Notes: generated by a model not told the origin, from the sequence alone. Shown: positions 1 to 10,942, counted from the stretch's first letter. The stretch: DNA of 64,000 nt from an uncultured Candidatus Binatia bacterium (GCA_964291295.2 OZ219754.1:1312001-1376000), one strand, 5' to 3'. Made by a program: numbers and translations.

Positions 1-208
1 CCAGGAAACCTCCGAAGTCCGTCTCCGGGTAGTCCACCAGCACCGGTGCGAAGAACCTTCCGTCGTAGCGCACCAGCAGCGGCCGGTCGTTGGCGATGAA
101 CTCGGCGAACAGGCTCGTGACCATCAGCACGCCGAAGATCAGCAGCGACGCGCAGCCGCGGCGGTTGGCGCGGAAGTTGTCCAGGCGTCGTCGGTTGAGC
201 GGTGTCAT
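1..208 (-). CDS. yejE: YejE-like peptide ABC transporter permease, 5' part (runs off the window)
   Basis: ATG at 208 (minus) gives MTPLNRRRLDNFRANRRG...SLFAEFIANDRPLLVRYDGRFFAPVLVDYPETDFGGFL, a typical YejE N-terminus; lies directly downstream of yejB. Confidence 0.85.
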   Translation of the reverse strand, partial: MTPLNRRRLDNFRANRRGCASLLIFGVLMVTSLFAEFIANDRPLLVRYDGRFFAPVLVDYPETDFGGFL

Positions 209-222
209 GCGGGCGGATGCCT

Positions 223-1338
223 TCAGGTTTCCCGGCTCTCGAAGTCGATGCGCGGGTCCACCACCATGTAGGTCAGATCCTCTACCAGCTTCATCCCCAG
301 CCCCAGCAGGGTGAAGAAATACAGCGTGCCGAACATCACCGGATAGTCGCGGTTGATGGCCGCCTCGAAACCCAGCAGGCCGATGCCGTCCAGCGAAAAG
401 ATCACCTCGGTGAGGAGGGCGCCGGTGAACAGGATGCCGATGAAGGCGCCGGGGAAGCCGGCGATGACGATGAGCATGGCGTTGCGGAACACGTGGCGGT
501 ACAGCACCCGCCATTCGCTCAGGCCCTTGGCCCGCGCGGTGGTGACGTACTGTTGGTGGATCTGGTCCAGGAACGAGTTCTTGGTGAGCAGGGTGAGGCC
601 GGCGAAGCCGCCGATGACCATGGACGCCACCGGCAGCGTGATGTGCCAGAGATAGTCGGTGATGCGCCGCCACAGGCCGAGGTCGCTCCAGTTGTCCGAC
701 ACCAGGCCGCGCAGCGGGAACCAGTCGAGGTAGCGTCCGCCGGCGAACAGCACGATCAGCAGGATGGCGAACAGGAACCCCGGCACCGCGTTGCCGACGA
801 TGACCGCCCCGGAGGTCCAGACGTCGAAGCGCGAGCCGTCGCGCACCGCCTTGGCCACGCCCAGGGGGATGGAGACCAGATAGACCAGCAGCGTGGTCCA
901 GAGCCCCAGGGAGATGGACACCGGCAGCTTGTCCACCACCAGTTGCACCACCGAGCGGTCGCGGAAGAAGCTGTCGCCGAAGTCGAAGCGCAGGAAGTTG
1001 CCCATCATGAGGACGAAGCGCTCGTGGGCGGGCTTGTCGAAGCCGAACTGGCGCTCGATCTCCCGGATGAACTCGGGGTCCACGCCCCGGGCGCCCCGGT
1101 AGCGGCCGGCGGTGCCGCTGCCGGCGTCCCGGGGCTGCCGCGCCGGCGCATCCACCTCCCGTTGGTCGCCGCCGCCGCTGAACCGCTCGGTGGCCGATAC
1201 GTCGGTGCCCTGCAGTTTGGCCAGAAGCTGTTCCACCGGCCCGCCCGGTGCCGAGTGGATGATGACGAAGTTCAGCACCATGATGCCGAACAGCGTCGGA
1301 ACGATGAGCAGCAGGCGGCGCAGGATGTAGGCGAGCAT
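223..1338 (-). CDS. yejB: YejB-like peptide/microcin C ABC permease
   Basis: [46 protein letters not shown]-terminal DPRIDFE. Confidence 0.92.
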   Translation of the reverse strand: MLAYILRRLLLIVPTLFGIMVLNFVIIHSAPGGPVEQLLAKLQGTDVSATERFSGGGDQREVDAPARQPRDAGSGTAGRYRGARGVDPEFIREIERQFGFDKPAHERFVLMMGNFLRFDFGDSFFRDRSVVQLVVDKLPVSISLGLWTTLLVYLVSIPLGVAKAVRDGSRFDVWTSGAVIVGNAVPGFLFAILLIVLFAGGRYLDWFPLRGLVSDNWSDLGLWRRITDYLWHITLPVASMVIGGFAGLTLLTKNSFLDQIHQQYVTTARAKGLSEWRVLYRHVFRNAMLIVIAGFPGAFIGILFTGALLTEVIFSLDGIGLLGFEAAINRDYPVMFGTLYFFTLLGLGMKLVEDLTYMVVDPRIDFESRET

Positions 1339-1371
1339 GACAGGTGGGTCACCGCGAAACGGGACGCGGCA

Positions 1372-3213
1372 TCACCGGCCCTTGCGGCTGGCCGCCAGGG
1401 CTTTCGCCCGGGCGGCGTCCACCCACCAGGTATTGAACTGCACTCCCCGGGTGGGCGTGGCCGCGGGACGTCCGAACATGTCCCAGTAGACCAGACGGTC
1501 GTAGGGAATGTGCCACTGGGGAATCACCCAGTGGCCCCACTGCAGCACACGGTCCAGGGCGCGCACGTGGTTCACCAGGCTCCCGCGGTCGGGGGCGTGG
1601 ATCACCTCTTCGATCAGTTCGTCCACCACCGGGTCCCTGATGCCCGCGAGGTTCCGGCTGCCGGGCCGGTCGGCAAAGTCCGAGCCCCAGTATTCGCGCT
1701 GTTCGTTGCCGGGCGACAGGGACTGGCCCCAGCTCCCGATGACCATGTCGAAGTCGAAGCCATCCAGCCGGCGGCGGTATTGCGCGGTATCCACCGTGCG
1801 AACGGTGACGGTGATGCCGAGCCGCGACAGGTTCTTCCTGAAGGGCAGGACGACACGTTCGAACAGGGGGCTGACCAGCAGGATCTCGAAATCCATGGTC
1901 CGACCGGTGGCCGCGTGGGTCAGCTTTCGCGTGGTCTTGTCGATGCTCCAGCCGGCCTCCTCCAGGAGCTTCAGCCCTTGGCGAAGGTTGGCGCGGATGC
2001 GCCCTGAGCCGTCGGTGGCCGGCGGTTCGTAGACCTTGGCAAAGACCTCCTGCGGCAACCGGTGGCGCCAGCGGGCGAGGATGGCCCGCTCCGCCGGCCC
2101 CGGAAGCCCGCTGGCGGCCAGTTCCGAGTTGTCGAAGTAGCTGCGGTTGCGTTTGTACTGCCCGTAGAACAGCGTCCGGTTGGACCACTCGAAGTCGAAG
2201 GCGTAGGCCAGCGCCTGCCGGACCTTCCGGTCCTGGAACAGCGGCCGGCGCGTGTTCATGACGAACGCCTGCATGCCGGTGGAACGGTCGTGGGGGATCT
2301 CCTCCTTCCTGACCCAACCCTGCCGCAATGCGGGAAAGTCGTAGGCCGCGGCCCAGTTCTTGGAGCTGTTCTCCGCCCGGAAGTCGTACGCGCCGGCCTT
2401 GAACGCTTCCACCGAGACGGTGCCGTCACGGTAGTAGTCATGGCGGATCCGGTCGAAGTTGTCGCGCCCCGCGTTCACCGGCAGGTCTCTGCCCCAGTAG
2501 TCCGCCACGCGCTGGTATTCCACGTGGCGGCCGGGTTCGAAGGTGCCGATCCTGTACGGACCGCTGCCCAGGGGCGGTTCCAGGGTGGTCCGGGTGAAGT
2601 CCCGGGTGGCCCAGTAGTGCTTCGGCAGCACCACCAGTTGCCCCAGGATCAGCGGCAGTTCGCGGTTGCCGCCGCTGGCGAAGGTGAAGCGCACGGTCCG
2701 GTCGTCGAGCTTCTCGACCGTCTTCACGCCGCCGTAGTAGCCGCGGTAGAAAGGAACGGCCTTGGTGACCAGGGTCTCGAAAGTCCAGATGACGTCGTCC
2801 GCGGTGACCGGTTTGCCGTCGTGCCAGCGTGCCTCCCGGCGCAGCGTGAACGCCACCCACGAGCGGTCCTCGGGCACGGTGATGCGCTCCGCCAGCAGGC
2901 CGTACTCGCTGAAGGGTTCGTCCGCGGCGCCGGTCGTGAGGGTTTCGTAGATGCGGCCGATGCCCGCCGCTGGACTTCCTCTGACGATGAAGGGATTGAA
3001 GCTGTCGAAGGTGCCGATGGCCTGAAGCCGCACCGCGCCCCCCTTGGGGGCCCGGGGATTCACGTAGTCGAAGTGCCGGAAGTCCGGTCCGTACTTGAGG
3101 TCGCCGTGCATGGCGATGCCGTGGCTCGTGCGCGCCTCGCCGGCCGAAGCTGGCGAAACGGGCATGGCCGCCAGTGCCCACAACGCGAAACCCCACATCC
3201 AGATCGATCGCAT
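1372..3213 (-). CDS. yejA: YejA-like extracellular solute-binding protein (family 5)
   Basis: Start at MRSIWMW (GGAGGA SD upstream), signal peptide, HGIAMHGDLKY..FDYVNPRAPKGG, QSLSPGNEQREYWGS, RALDRVL. Confidence 0.9.
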   Translation of the reverse strand: MRSIWMWGFALWALAAMPVSPASAGEARTSHGIAMHGDLKYGPDFRHFDYVNPRAPKGGAVRLQAIGTFDSFNPFIVRGSPAAGIGRIYETLTTGAADEPFSEYGLLAERITVPEDRSWVAFTLRREARWHDGKPVTADDVIWTFETLVTKAVPFYRGYYGGVKTVEKLDDRTVRFTFASGGNRELPLILGQLVVLPKHYWATRDFTRTTLEPPLGSGPYRIGTFEPGRHVEYQRVADYWGRDLPVNAGRDNFDRIRHDYYRDGTVSVEAFKAGAYDFRAENSSKNWAAAYDFPALRQGWVRKEEIPHDRSTGMQAFVMNTRRPLFQDRKVRQALAYAFDFEWSNRTLFYGQYKRNRSYFDNSELAASGLPGPAERAILARWRHRLPQEVFAKVYEPPATDGSGRIRANLRQGLKLLEEAGWSIDKTTRKLTHAATGRTMDFEILLVSPLFERVVLPFRKNLSRLGITVTVRTVDTAQYRRRLDGFDFDMVIGSWGQSLSPGNEQREYWGSDFADRPGSRNLAGIRDPVVDELIEEVIHAPDRGSLVNHVRALDRVLQWGHWVIPQWHIPYDRLVYWDMFGRPAATPTRGVQFNTWWVDAARAKALAASRKGR

Positions 3214-3400
3214 GGAACATCCTCCCGGACAGTTGCCCCGGACAAGTATGATGGCCGTGGAGACCCTTTGCAACGACGGTGCGCGGACCGAACCCCGACG
3301 CTCACGCAGCCCGCGGCTGTGCCGGCGGGAGCGCAAGGTTCCATGCGCCGGTTCCGGTAGAAGTTCCCGATCCAAGGTGGAACCGGCCGCGCGCGCCGGG

Positions 3401-3610
3401 ATTGCCACCTTCAGAGGCCGTTGGCCGGACTTGGCGGCGTGGCGGAACGGGGCCTTCAAGTGCCGGCTGCGGGACCGTTGGACGGGCTGGCGGTCGGAGC
3501 AGCCGTTTCCGGGTCTGGGTCTGATCGCGTACAACACGCGCCTTCTGGTGCCCTCCAAGTCCGGTGTGTTTCCGAACCTTGCGTCCCATTTCGCGGTGCG
3601 GATGACCTGC
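3401..3610 (+). pseudogene. Relic of a DUF4338 (Druantia DruA-like / ISAs1-associated) domain gene
   Basis: Translation IATFRGRWPDLAAWRNGAFKCRLRDRWTGW...GLIAYNTRLLV..GVFPNLASHF resembles, from memory, the DUF4338 motifs RDRWIGW, IANNTRFLIL and PNLAS; no credible start or C-terminal half. Confidence 0.65.
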
Positions 3611-4025
3611 GGGTCTGCGCACGCCAACGGGCGCTGAATCAACCCCGCGGTCGGCGGAAGAGGATATTCGTCACGCCGCCGCGGCCCGGCGCCCGGGCGC
3701 TGCTGTCGCATACATCGCGCCCGCGGTGGCCTTCACCAACCGGCGTGGCACCGAGAGCTTTGCCGAAATCCGCCGGCGCTCATCCCTCGACATTTCCCCT
3801 ACACGGACAACCGCAAGGAAGGCGCCAAACACCCTTTCCCCCGCCCTCATCCCAGCACAATCCCCAGCATGGGAAAGTCCTGATGGGAAAGCCCTGGCAC
3901 ATGGAAAGAGTCTCCTGCTTCTGCTAGCCCAAGTTTACCACCCTCCAAAAGATCACATTGCATATCATATAGTTATGGTGGCTTGAAGCGGCGAGTGGCA
4001 CTACAGGTGGGTGTTTGAGGGTTGG

Positions 4026-5818
4026 TTACACGAGGGTTTTGCGGGTTCCTCCGGGAGCGGGATCAATGCCCAAGGCTTTGTAGATGGCCAGCTGGGTTGG
4101 TTCGGCGCGGGTCGCCTTGCGCACGTGCAAGGTGCGCCCTTCAGCACGGCGGAAGGTAGTGGTGACGCGCTGCTGTCCCTGGAGGACGCGGCGTAGCGTG
4201 GTCCAACTGGCGTTCTCCTCGGCTTGACGCAGGCGGGTACGGATGACCTGGACGAGTTGGTAGGCGAACACGGTGATGAACAGATGGCCTTCGGAGCGGA
4301 GCGGCTTGTGGTGGTAGACGGGTCGCAGGCCGAGTTCGGATTTGAGGGAGCGGAAGACGGCTTCGATGTCGGTGAGCCTGACGTAGGTACGCCACAGGGC
4401 TTCTTCCTTCCAGTGGGTTTCGCTGCTGCGCAGGCAGTAGACGCCGGGATGGGTCATCAGGGAGCCGGGGAGAGGGCGGCGGGTGAAGCGCACGGCGGTG
4501 GCGCGTTGACCGGACTCATCGGTGTCGAGTGAGATGTCGTAGTGCTGGGCGATGCCGCGGGTGCTCTCCTTGAGCCGCCCGATACGTTGCCAGACCTGCT
4601 CCACCCGTTTTTGGGTGTGGGGTCGGGAGAGACCTTCGGAGAGCTTGTTCAGGGCGTTCTCGAAGCGCCGGGCGAAGCGCTCGACGATGCCGCGTTCCTT
4701 GGCGGCCCGTTGTTCGGAGAAGCAGTACAGGCGCACCTCCCGACCGTCTGGGGACAGGGCCTTGTGCAATTGTATGCCATGCTTGGAAGCGGTCTTGATG
4801 CGCTGTGCCGCCTGAGGGACGAAGTGCCGGTTGCGTTCACGGCTGACCACCAGGTAGCGGTAGCCCTGCTCACGCAGCCACTGCAGGCGCTCTTCGGTAG
4901 CGAGGCCCCGGTCCATCACCACCAGGGCGGAATGCGGGGCCTTGAGCGCATCCAGCATCCGGGCCAGAGTGTGGTGCTCGCGCACGTTGCCGGCGAAGAC
5001 CTGGGAGCGGCGCACGAAGCCGCTGGAGTCGAGCACGAGCCCCAGGGTGAGCAGCGGGCAATCGGTGCGCTTGTCCTTGGAGTGGCCGCGCAGGGCCTTC
5101 GGTTGGAGGGGCGCCGCGCCCTCGAAGTAGGTGTTGGTCAGATCGTAGAGCGTCACGGTGGGTTCGATCTCGAACAGGTCCATGGCCCGATCGAACAGAT
5201 GCTTTTCGATGACGTCGCGGTGAGCCATCAGGGCATCGGAGGCGCGATACAGCCGCATGGGTCCCATGGTGGCGAACTCCATTCCGAGCAGTTCACCCAA
5301 GGCGCTGCGTTCGCCGAGCCAGCGTCGGGTGGCGCGCTCTGCGCCATACGCGCGATGATCGAGCCGATGGCGGTCGCGCGCATCGAGGCGCCGAGACCGA
5401 GTTGTTCGAGCAGGGTGCGCAGGCCGAGTTGGTCCATGGCCCACAATCCCACGTGCTCGACGCCTACCGAGCGTGGTCGAACCAACTCCAGGGAGTCGAC
5501 ATCCACGCTCTGGAGGTCGCCCCCTTGGCTTGGGGACGCGGTGCCGACGCGCTCCCGGGCGAGGAGTTGGGTGGTGATGCGCTGGGCGTGGTTTTCGAGT
5601 GCCGGGGGACAGCCCGGAGACAGGGGGAGTTGACCGGCAAGCATCTCCTCAATGCGCCGGCACAGCACGGGCCACTCCTGTGGAGCCACATCGAAGTGCC
5701 GCCCGAGATTGAGCAGGGTGCGTTGACGCACCTTTGAACCGTCGCGTTCGGAGCGCACCAGGCGGTGGGTGACGTAAGGTTCGCTGCTGCTGCGAGTACG
5801 GGTGCGACGGATGAACAT
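4026..5818 (-). pseudogene. IS1634-family DDE transposase, frameshifted near 5340
   Basis: N-part MFIRRTRTR..RQRTLLNLG in one frame; C-part YDLTNTYFEG, RGHSKDKRTDCP, VVMDRG, IEAVFRSLKSELGLRPVYHH in another; junction IARMAQ / ERATRRWL. Confidence 0.88.
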
Positions 5819-5910
5819 GAGAGGGTGGCAGCATGGTGCGCCACCCCCAGCAATATCCAGCATGTACTTTGTGGCACTACATTCGCCTGCCCGACAACCT
5901 GCCCACGATA

Positions 5911-5923
5911 TATCAATGACTTG
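5911..5923 (+). promoter_or_regulatory. IHF-consensus site in the IS subterminal region (second, 1-mismatch copy at 3963-3975)
   Basis: TATCAATGACTTG matches WATCAANNNNTTR exactly; TATCATATAGTTA lies near the other end. Confidence 0.55.
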
Positions 5924-5993
5924 CGTGCCAATTTCGGCAAAATCACCCCTGATTCCTGCCCAAACCGGACTCCAGGTGGTAAAGTTGGGCTAG

Positions 5994-6430
5994 GGGAGGG
6001 CGCCGGCGTGACTTGGCGCGCCCCGGCGGCGGGTCTGACCGCGGAACTGCGCGCCCGGATGGTGGCGGTGCACGAGCGGGACCGTGAGGAATGGGGCGTG
6101 AGCGGACTGGTGCGGTTCGACCCGGGGGCCGACGGACGTGGAACTTTTCTGACCTTGGGTCCCTCCCACGGGCGGACGGCAAGCGGGCTGGGGCAGTGGT
6201 TCGACTACGGCCCGGTGACGGAGGAGGCGGGCCACGGTTTCGGCATGGCGGGGTCGGAGCCTCTGGCTTTGCTGACGCCGTATGCGGGGCTGAGCCTGGC
6301 GGAGTCGGGCGAGCGGGCGCTGCGGCTTGGCGCGCGCTACAGCCATGGGGAGTGGGTTTCCTTGGGGGTCGAAGCCACGCGGGCGTCCGCGGAGGACAGC
6401 GTGATGCTGCGCGGTGCGCTGAGTTGGTGA
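5994..6430 (+). pseudogene. Orphan C-terminal fragment of an autotransporter-like outer-membrane beta-barrel
   Basis: GAGVTWRAPAAGLTAELRAR..EEWGVSGLVRFDPGADGRG..LLTPYAGLSL..LRLGARY..VMLRGALSW*: amphipathic strands and terminal Trp; begins right at the IS end with no start codon. Confidence 0.7.
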
Positions 6431-6699
6431 GGACCGCGACTCCGCACGCGATACGAGGAAGGGGGCTTCGCCGCTCCATCCGATCAGCAGTGGAAGCCGG
6501 ACCCTGGTGATGGCCTCCGGTTCCCCCGGGCTGGCGTCGGAGCCGGAACAGGCGAGCCGGCGGGAGCGAAATGGGGCTGGGGCGTCCGAGTCGGAAGGGC
6601 CGGGAGCGGATGCCTTTCCGGAAGACGGATACCGGCAGCCGCGGTACCGTTCCATCGACCGTGACGAAGATGCCGTGCCAGGGCCACGTGACCAAGCCC

Positions 6700-6822
6700 G
6701 TTTCAGGGTGCGGGTGGAACGGCGGTCGTACCTGCTCAGAATCTGATAGATTTGCCTGTCCACCGTTTCCATGTTTCACGGTCCATGTTTCACGGTGCGG
6801 GTGTAGTGGCGGTCGTACCTGC
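6700..6822 (+). repeat. Two 36-bp imperfect direct repeats
   Basis: GTTTCAGGGTGCGGGTGGAACGGCGGTCGTACCTGC (6700-6735) and GTTTCACGGTGCGGGTGTAGTGGCGGTCGTACCTGC (6787-6822), 4 mismatches. Confidence 0.8.
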
Positions 6823-7264
6823 CCGCTCGCTTCGCCTCATGGGCACGGGCTCCCGGCCCGGCCTCTGGCGGCAACTCCCGCTGTTGACTTTCCCGTGGCC
6901 GGCGGCAGCCGGCGAGTTGGATCCACGCTACGGAAAAACCGTGCGGGATATGGTAAATCTCTCCGAAAGGGCAGGCCCGTGGCCATTCCGGACGCGGGCA
7001 CAACACGCATTTCGAGAACCTTGAGACGTTCCCACGCACCCTGCGGGATTTTCTGGTGAGCGGTTTCTGGTGAGCGGTGGGTGACGAACCGGGAGGCCGG
7101 CACCCTCCTGGGGTTGTAGCCGCGAAAAGGGGAACCGGGGGGCGAAGCCCGGTCGTTGGTGCCGTCGCCGGGCGGCAAAGACGCCGCTGGAGCGCCGCCG
7201 TCTGCGACCATCCCTTCATGGCAGCGGGCGAACGGGGTGGTGGGAGGGAAGTCGGAGGATGGCG

Positions 7265-8083
7265 ATGATCGAATGGACCGAGGCGGGGACATATAGCGAT
7301 ATCCGGTATCACAAGACCGACGAGGGCATCGCGAAGATCACCATCAATCGGCCGGAGGTCCGCAACGCCTTCCGCCCGCTGACGGTGGAGGAGATGATCC
7401 GGGCGCTGGACGATGCGCGGAATGACTCGGTCATCGGGGTGGTGATCCTGACGGGGGAGGGCCGGGAGGCGTTCTGCTCCGGCGGGGACCAGAAGGTTCG
7501 GGGCGACTCCGGCTACAAGGATGAGTCGGGGGTGCACCGGCTGAACGTACTGGAGTTCCAGCGCCAGATGCGAAGTTGCCCGAAGCCGGTCATCGCCATG
7601 GTGGCGGGTTACGCGGTGGGTGGGGGGCACGTGCTGCACGTCATGTGCGACCTGACCATCGCGGCCGACAACGCGGTTTTCGGACAGACGGGTCCACGGG
7701 TGGGTTCGTTCGACGGGGGCTACGGCGCCACCTACCTGGCGCGTATCGTGGGGCAGAAGAAGGCCCGGGAGATCTGGTACCTGTGCCGGCAGTACGACGC
7801 GGGGCAGGCGCTGGAGATGGGGCTGGTGAACGCGGTGGTGCCGTATGAGCGGCTGGAGGAGGAGACGGTGGGGTGGTGCCGGGAGATTCTCGCCAACTCG
7901 CCGATTGCCATCCGCTGCCTCAAGGCGGCGTTCAACGCGGACTGCGACGGCCAGGCGGGGCTGCAGGAGTTGGCGGGCAACGCCACCATGCTGTTCTACA
8001 TGACCGAAGAGGGGCAGGAGGGTCGGAACGCCTTCGTCGAGAAGCGCAAGCCGGACTTCTCCCGATTCCCCCGCCGCCCTTGA
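7265..8083 (+). CDS. menB: 1,4-dihydroxy-2-naphthoyl-CoA synthase
   Basis: [58 protein letters not shown]. Confidence 0.97.
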   Translation: MIEWTEAGTYSDIRYHKTDEGIAKITINRPEVRNAFRPLTVEEMIRALDDARNDSVIGVVILTGEGREAFCSGGDQKVRGDSGYKDESGVHRLNVLEFQRQMRSCPKPVIAMVAGYAVGGGHVLHVMCDLTIAADNAVFGQTGPRVGSFDGGYGATYLARIVGQKKAREIWYLCRQYDAGQALEMGLVNAVVPYERLEEETVGWCREILANSPIAIRCLKAAFNADCDGQAGLQELAGNATMLFYMTEEGQEGRNAFVEKRKPDFSRFPRRP

Positions 8084-8103
8084 ACCCGGCGACGAGGGAA
8101 CGC

Positions 8104-8181
8104 GTGAACCACGACCCCCTCTCCCGCCCGCCCGCCTCCGTCTGGCTCCTGGCGGCTCGACCCAAGACCCTCTGGGCATCC
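8104..8181 (+). pseudogene. menA: 5' stub of DHNA polyprenyltransferase MenA
   Basis: GTG-start [25 protein letters not shown] 20 nt after menB; [10 protein letters not shown] is the characteristic MenA N-terminal motif; similarity then ends abruptly. Confidence 0.7.
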
Positions 8182-8192
8182 TCCCGCGTCGT

Positions 8193-8220
8193 TTGCACCC
8201 TTGTGGTTTTTTGGTACAGT
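8193..8220 (+). promoter_or_regulatory. Putative sigma70 promoter for oppDF
   Basis: TTGCAC-16-TACAGT with TGn extension. Confidence 0.45.
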
Positions 8221-8271
8221 GCGCGCGTACCGATCGGGGGGGCGCCCGTTTGCCGGGCGCCCCCATGGGGC

Positions 8272-9234
8272 ATGGCGATACTGCTCGAAATCAAGAACCT
8301 GCACACCTCGTTCGTGACTTCCGATGGCGAGTTTCCGGCGGTGGACGGGTTGAACCTCGCCATCGAGGCCGGAAAGACCGTGGGGCTCGTGGGTGAGTCG
8401 GGTTGCGGCAAGAGCGTGACCGCGCTCTCCATCATGCGGCTCATTCCGTCTCCTCCCGGGAGGGTGGCGGAAGGCGAGATCCTCTATCGCGGGCAGGATC
8501 TTCTGAAGGTGGCGGACGAGGAGATGCGGCGGATCCGCGGCAACGAGATCTCCATGGTTTTCCAGGAACCCATGACGTCGTTGAATCCGGTGTTCACCGT
8601 GGGGGACCAGATCATGGAGGCCATCCGCCTCCACCAGAAGGTGAACCGGAGGGAGGCGAAGGACAAGGCGGTGGAGATGCTGCGGCTGGTGAAGATCGCC
8701 GACCCCGCCGTGCGCGTCAACGACTACCCGCACCAGATGAGCGGCGGCATGCGCCAGCGCGTGATGATTGCCATGGCGCTGTCGTGCAATCCGAGCCTGC
8801 TCATCGCCGACGAGCCGACCACCGCCCTGGACGTGACCATCCAGGCTCAGATCCTGGAGTTGATGGGCGAGCTTCAGGACCAGCTCGGCATGGCCCTGCT
8901 GCTCATCACCCACGATCTCGGGGTGGTGGCCGAACAGGCAGACGAGGTGGCCATCATGTACGCCGGCCGGATGGTCGAGCGGGCCAAGCCCGAGTCGATC
9001 TTCAGCAAACCCCTGCATCCCTACACCATCGGCCTGCTGAACTCGCTGCCCAGCGGTACCAGCAAGCGGCGCCTGGACGCCATCCCCGGCGTGGTGCCGA
9101 GTCCTTTGGACCTCCCCAGCGGCTGCCGTTTCCGGGATCGCTGTTTCAAGGCCTCCGGAATCTGTGCCGGCCACGAGCCGAGCCTGGAGGAAAAGGCGCG
9201 CAATCAGTGGGTTGCCTGCTACCGGACCAGCTGA
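8272..9234 (+). CDS. oppD: Oligopeptide/dipeptide ABC ATP-binding protein (OppD/DppD)
   Basis: [25 protein letters not shown]-terminal GCRF..RC...C..VAC. Confidence 0.92.
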   Translation: MAILLEIKNLHTSFVTSDGEFPAVDGLNLAIEAGKTVGLVGESGCGKSVTALSIMRLIPSPPGRVAEGEILYRGQDLLKVADEEMRRIRGNEISMVFQEPMTSLNPVFTVGDQIMEAIRLHQKVNRREAKDKAVEMLRLVKIADPAVRVNDYPHQMSGGMRQRVMIAMALSCNPSLLIADEPTTALDVTIQAQILELMGELQDQLGMALLLITHDLGVVAEQADEVAIMYAGRMVERAKPESIFSKPLHPYTIGLLNSLPSGTSKRRLDAIPGVVPSPLDLPSGCRFRDRCFKASGICAGHEPSLEEKARNQWVACYRTS

Positions 9235-9252
9235 CGCGGGGCGGTTGATGTC

Positions 9253-10254
<1,002 letters not shown>

Positions 10255-10338
10255 GCCGGGGACAGGGTCACCCCTGACCCTGTCCCCGGCTCTCGACCCG
10301 GAGCTTCCGTCCCCTGTCCCGGTTTCCCCCGGCCTTCC

Positions 10339-10366
10339 TTGATTTCTCGCGGGCCGGTGTTAAACT
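10339..10366 (+). promoter_or_regulatory. Putative sigma70 promoter for greA and the MoxR operon
   Basis: TTGATT-16-TAAACT with TGn extension. Confidence 0.5.
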
Positions 10367-10453
10367 CCGATAGCCACGGGCGGGCGGAGAATGGGCGGAG
10401 AGACTGGGCGGATCTTCCCGGCTCGCCCGGCAATTTTTCAGAGGTGCAGCCAG

Positions 10454-10942
10454 ATGGCAGACAACGACGGCCCCGTGCCGATGACGGCGCAGGGGCATCA
10501 GCAGTTGCTGGAGGATCTCCAGCGCCTCAAGTCCGTCGAGCGTCCCCGGAATGTTCGCGACATCGAAGAGGCCCGGGCTCATGGCGACCTGTCGGAGAAC
10601 GCGGAGTTTCACGCGGCCAAGGACCGCCAGTCCCTGCTCGATGTCCAGATTCGCGAGATCGAGGACAAGATCGCGCGGGCTCAGGTCATCGACGTCTCCA
10701 GGCTCTCCGGCGACAGGGTGGTGTTCGGCGCCACCGTCAAGCTGGTGGACGACGACACCAATGAGAACGTCATCTACAAGATCGTCGGCGAGCACGAGGC
10801 GGAGCCTCGGGAAGGGAGGATCTCCCTGGGCTCCCCGGTGGCGCGGTCGCTGATCGGCCGCCGCGCGGGGGATCTCGTGGAGGTGCGCACGCCCGCGGGC
10901 GTGCGGAACTTCGAGGTACTGGACGTCTCTTTCATCGAATAG
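10454..10942 (+). CDS. greA: Transcription elongation factor GreA
   Basis: ARAHGDLSENAEF, VVFGATV, ISLGSPVARSLIG; GAGGTG SD. Confidence 0.96.
   Translation: MADNDGPVPMTAQGHQQLLEDLQRLKSVERPRNVRDIEEARAHGDLSENAEFHAAKDRQSLLDVQIREIEDKIARAQVIDVSRLSGDRVVFGATVKLVDDDTNENVIYKIVGEHEAEPREGRISLGSPVARSLIGRRAGDLVEVRTPAGVRNFEVLDVSFIE

Larger units (their letters stand above)
3928..5989 (-). mobile_element. IS1634-family insertion sequence, ends intact
   Basis: 15-bp TIRs CCCAAGTTTACCACC (3928) and revcomp CCCAACTTTACCACC (ending 5989), 1 mismatch; CTAG on both flanks (3924-3927, 5990-5993); transposase inside. Confidence 0.88.

Noticed and set aside
3401-3610. Functional Druantia defence system
   Set aside because: Only a short degraded DUF4338-like fragment; no DruE helicase or other dru genes.
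3214-3711. 166-aa N-terminal extension of YejA in the ORF track
   Set aside because: The SD and signal peptide point to the start at 3213; the extension is incidental open frame.
6700-6822. CRISPR array
   Set aside because: Only two imperfect repeats, no leader and no cas genes in the window; kept only as an unexplained repeat pair.
6950-6990. c-di-GMP-I riboswitch (GGTAAA...CCGAAAGG)
   Set aside because: Lacks the following GACGCAAA motif and a recognisable second stem.
7873-8271. Long N-terminal extension of OppD
   Set aside because: It overlaps menB and crosses the menA stub and promoter; OppD homology starts at 8272.
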